A stretch of DNA of 63,533 nt, filler included, from Folioceros fuciformis (taxonomy: Eukaryota): the NCBI GenBank assembly GCA_049999805.1. It is 11 parts of 11 records of this genome, joined end to end, with 100 filler letters (N's around TTAATTAATTAA, not from the genome) between each part and the next. Parts side by side here need not be neighbours in the genome. Positions count along the whole stretch, not along the records: positions 60,167 to 62,143 come from JBNGIO010005133.1; positions 62,244 to 63,533 come from JBNGIO010005147.1; 9 more parts are not named here. The stretch is one strand, 5' to 3'. A program made the position numbers and the translations under genes. The notes beneath the pieces are model-generated. The model made no database searches. It was not told where the DNA came from and worked only from the letters and a program-made list of their open reading frames with translations. Positions 60,067 through 63,533 of the stretch are shown piece by piece. The first letter of the stretch is position 1; the number at the start of each line of letters is the position of its first letter.

Positions 60067-60166
60067 NNNNNNNNNNNNNNNNNNNNNNNNNNNNNNNNNN
60101 NNNNNNNNNNTTAATTAATTAANNNNNNNNNNNNNNNNNNNNNNNNNNNNNNNNNNNNNNNNNNNN
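60067..60166. other. Artificial contig spacer
   Basis: N44-TTAATTAATTAA-N44. Confidence 0.99.
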
Positions 60167-60468
60167 TCTCCTAACAAAAGGACTACCAAAGATCAAACAT
60201 TATAAACATAGTGCAGCATGTGGGCTGCGTGCATTTACAGTCACTAGAAAAACTGTCTAAGACCTGTGTTGTAAGCTCAGCAGTGAGATCACACAAAAAA
60301 AGGAGAAGGAGAACTAGGAGCCTACAAGTGCTAAGCCAGACTTTCTACTTAGTTAAAGCCTGATTAGTGTTGTCGGAGGAAAGAAACAAAAAAAAAAAAA
60401 CAATGAACTTGGAAAGGAAAAACGTAGAGGACAGCAGGTGTTGGTGGTTTTTTTTTGAACTCCCAGTT

Positions 60469-60747
60469 TCATGCTGGAGTTGCACCCTCACAGGATTCAG
60501 TTCCTGTTGCATCTTTTATGTCCCTCATGAGATCTATGAGCTCCAAGACACGCAGCCTGGCTGATTTGAGGAGGTTCTCAATTTCCTCACACTTCTGCGA
60601 GGTTTGGAGCAAGTGAACAATCTGGTTTCGGTCCGCCTGCGCCGGCCACCACTTCTCACTTGATGCTTCAGTGCTGATGGTCTCCTCACACTCTTTCTCC
60701 ACAACGGGCTGGCCTTGGTGCCTCTTTTTCTGCTTAGTTCGCGCCAT
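60469..60747 (-). CDS. Antisense accessory ORF of a copia 3' region, 92 aa, starting MARTKQ
   Basis: ATG 60747 in ccATGG context after ctgcag. It shares a 37-aa block with the ORF at 29183-29293 and lies upstream of a plus-strand PPT and LTR. Confidence 0.6.
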   Translation of the reverse strand: MARTKQKKRHQGQPVVEKECEETISTEASSEKWWPAQADRNQIVHLLQTSQKCEEIENLLKSARLRVLELIDLMRDIKDATGTESCEGATPA

Positions 60748-61349
60748 GGAAGCCCTGCAGGTGCTCAGCCTGAACGTGATGAGATGGTGAGCGTGAACCA
60801 ACAGCACTCCTCGAGACCTGCCAAGACCGAAAGCAAAGGTGATCAGATCGAGAGCAGAGCAAGAATGAGGATGGGGTCAGCCTGCGTCGTTCCTCAATCT
60901 CTGGATGGCTGGGTTGTGAACCTTCTGGCATTTCATCAGCTCGCGCTGAACCAGCAGGGTCCTGCTGCCCCGCGCTTGCAAGGCAACAGGACAAGTCTCG
61001 CGCCAGATTGCTGGACGGGCGCCTCGCGGCGGCATCGCGATGTCCTGTAGAGGACTCGCGGATCACAAGCTGGCTTCGTGCTCTGTGTGTTATGTACCGC
61101 GCGTGTGTTCTCGTCGTGGGCCGTTCTCGTGTAGCAGCCGCGCGTGTGCGAATCGCCGTGGGGATTTCGTGAGTTGGTTTTCGCATTTGCAAGTTTATGC
61201 GGCTTTAATTTCCCGCTGCACGTTCTCTGGGGGTTTTCTATTCCGTTCCGTTGCGTGACACCGTTCCGTTACGAAGTTTTCCTGGTGGTTAAGTTTTTTT
61301 TTTTACTTTTAACCTGAGAGGGATTCTACCTTTAACCTAAGAGTAAGTT

Positions 61350-61515
61350 AAGTGGGAGTGTTAATAATAAGGGGTTATTTTAGTATAACCTACCTTAGGG
61401 TTAATTAACCATAGTTATGAAAAGATACTTTGTATATAATACCTTTTTTTGGTTGAGTTTAATTAATTGTCATTTTTATGCAACTTGTGCACTAGCATCT
61501 TTTCTTCTAGCACCA
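61350..61515 (+). mobile_element. Copia PPT and short 3' LTR (from 61359)
   Basis: AAGTGGGAG then TGTTAATAATAAGGGG...; right end approximate (TAGCA 61512 or CAACA 61518). Confidence 0.7.
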
Positions 61516-62143
61516 ACATGGGGCACGCCTGTCTCTGTCAAGCCCTAGAAAATAGGTGCCCTACTCTCACGGAGATGGCGCACCCCCGAGGCTCCTCCTC
61601 AGCGCGCACCCTCCGGGCATGGAGGCGTCAACTTACAGGGGAATGCGCGACTCAGGTGTCGTGCTCTCGAGGCCTAGCCTGTCAAATGCAAATGTTTCTC
61701 CTGTTTCTTCTCCAGAATATTCTCCTCCAGCCAGCCTTGCTTATAAAACAGCCCATTTTCCCTCTTTTTTTTATTACATTTTTTTTTGTCTCAAAAAGGA
61801 AAGATCACAATCGCCTCCTCTCCTTGGCATCGCTTACCAACCTTGCTCGGATACCATACAAAAATCAGAAGAAGCATCTTGCATTGGGAATGATCGTGTG
61901 TAGTAGTAAAATAACAAAAACAATGTCTTGTGTCTTATGCCATACGCCATGGCGATTAGGTATTTTGTGTTTATGTGTCTTTTCACATTAGGCTATCTAG
62001 CCCTAGCTAAAACTCATTCAACTTAACCTAGTTGTTGACTAGCTGATGCTAGACTATTCCTAGGCTTCACTTTGCACCCCCACTTAGTCGTAGCCGTCAG
62101 TCTTTACTTGATCACTTCATCCTCTTTCTTCTCGGCTTCAATG

Positions 62144-62243
62144 NNNNNNNNNNNNNNNNNNNNNNNNNNNNNNNNNNNNNNNNNNNNTTAATTAATTAAN
62201 NNNNNNNNNNNNNNNNNNNNNNNNNNNNNNNNNNNNNNNNNNN
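62144..62243. other. Artificial contig spacer
   Basis: N44-TTAATTAATTAA-N44. Confidence 0.99.
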
Positions 62244-62701
62244 TGAGGTGGGCCGGAATAAAAGATGTTTCCTGGTGCTCCCTGAAATCAGGCGGGGAAC
62301 TCGACTCCCAAGGAGATTTCAGCCTCAACACAACAAAAAACCTTGCGTCGAATGGTTCAGATGGCGAGGAAGAAGTGAACAGCTGGTCATTAAATTGTAC
62401 GATGAAGGAGAAACCACTGGTCAGTCTCATGCAGCGAGTGATTCGATATTTTGTTGAAGCTTCATCCACTCGATGCATCATGGCTAGCCAGTTTTTGCTG
62501 TCACTTGATTGGGTACTAATTGTATTCATCTCCCTCTGCCCCAGGAGAAGATAAAAGGAGAGAGGACCATAAAATATGAGGAGGGGTCGCAGCATCAAGT
62601 TACCAAGTCAGCACCTTTCAAATAATTGTTTCCCTGTTTGCACTCCCTCAGCACCTCTGTACTCCCCGTAATTGGTGCCTAAGGGAAGAGATACAATCAA
62701 A

Positions 62702-63533
62702 TCAGATGCTTTGTATGTAACTTGAGAAATCTGGCAAGCCTAGGCCCTCCATATGTGTGTAGTGTTTAATTTTAGGAAGGCCCTTCGTTAAGACATCAGC
62801 AGTATTTTCCTCAGTCGGTATGTATCCTACAACAGCAGTCCCTTTTTCAACTACATCCCTAATATAATGATGTTGTATTTCAATATGTTTTGTTCTAGCG
62901 TGATATTTAGGATGGGCAACAAGATCGAGTGCTGACATATTGTCACACAATAAAGGAGTGGGTTCAGACTGTTGTTGTCCAAGGTCTGCAAGCAAGGTAC
63001 GCTCCCATTCAATTTCCTTAGAAGCTTCAGTCAGACTCTTATACTCCGCTTCTGTCGATGATAGGGCTATTGATGATTGCTTTTTACAGCTCCAGCTTAC
63101 GACTGCTGAAGATAAAAGAAAACAATATGCTGATATACTCCGCCTTGAGTCACTGTCCGAAGCCCAGTCGGCATCCGTAAATCCAGAAAGGGTAAGCCTG
63201 CTTGTACCTGTTGTTTTGTAAACAAGTCCATAATGTTCTATACCCTTTAGATATCGAATAACCCTCTTGGTAGCAACCCAATGAACCTTCCCAGGGTTTT
63301 CTAGAAACTGGGACAATGTGCTAACAGTGTATTGAATGTCGGGTCTTGTCCAATTCGCAATGAACAGCAAACCTCCTACTGCCTGGCGATAAGGAACAGC
63401 AGCCATTTCTCTAAGTTCTTCATGTCCTTGTGGACATTGTAGACTGGTAAGTTTTGTTCCAATGGCCATAGGGGTAGAAGCTGGACGTGCTTGTTCAAGT
63501 TTAAACTTCAGCAATAATTCTTGCACATACTGA
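62702..63533 (-). CDS. pol: Ty1/copia end of RT and RNase H, intact frame, truncated by window end
   Basis: PYRQAVGGL, WTRPDI, KRVIRYLKG, FTDADWASDSDSRRS, SSTEAEY, CDNMSA, HARTKHIEIQHHYIRD, ADVLTKGL. Confidence 0.95.
   Translation of the reverse strand, partial: QYVQELLLKFKLEQARPASTPMAIGTKLTSLQCPQGHEELREMAAVPYRQAVGGLLFIANWTRPDIQYTVSTLSQFLENPGKVHWVATKRVIRYLKGIEHYGLVYKTTGTSRLTLSGFTDADWASDSDSRRSISAYCFLLSSAVVSWSCKKQSSIALSSTEAEYKSLTEASKEIEWERTLLADLGQQQSEPTPLLCDNMSALDLVAHPKYHARTKHIEIQHHYIRDVVEKGTAVVGYIPTEENTADVLTKGLPKIKHYTHMEGLGLPDFSSYIQSI

Overview
This window is eukaryotic, plant-type DNA. By inference from gene style and TE families it comes from a non-seed streptophyte such as a bryophyte, lycophyte or charophyte alga; the species cannot be determined. 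It is not one locus: 11 separate contigs are joined by ten artificial 100-bp spacers (N44-TTAATTAATTAA-N44), so adjacency across spacers means nothing. Host genes are an intron-rich HMG-CoA synthase (minus) head-to-head with alpha-SNAP (plus), and possibly the truncated start of an AT-hook (AHL) gene. Nearly everything else is nested, decaying retroelements: several Ty1/copia elements with tRNA-iMet PBS and short LTRs, Ty3/gypsy elements with tRNA-Asp PBS and long LTRs, and an L1-like LINE. Four signals stand out. (1) An intact gypsy pol frame fuses a DNMT3-like C5-cytosine methyltransferase C-terminal half directly to integrase plus a PHD finger (55068-57020), followed by an unusual A-B-A terminal repeat. 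(2) A 3-kb cassette inside a copia RT carries a decayed ParB/Srx-like gene and a divergent beta-class N4/N6 DNA methyltransferase gene, with a 42-bp-period palindrome array between them (25326-28312). (3) An antisense accessory ORF in copia 3' regions is conserved at protein level between different elements, and one copy starts with the histone H3-like sequence MARTKQ. (4) Several copia LTRs have TA rather than TG/CA termini. All domain calls come from manual motif reading; no searches were run.
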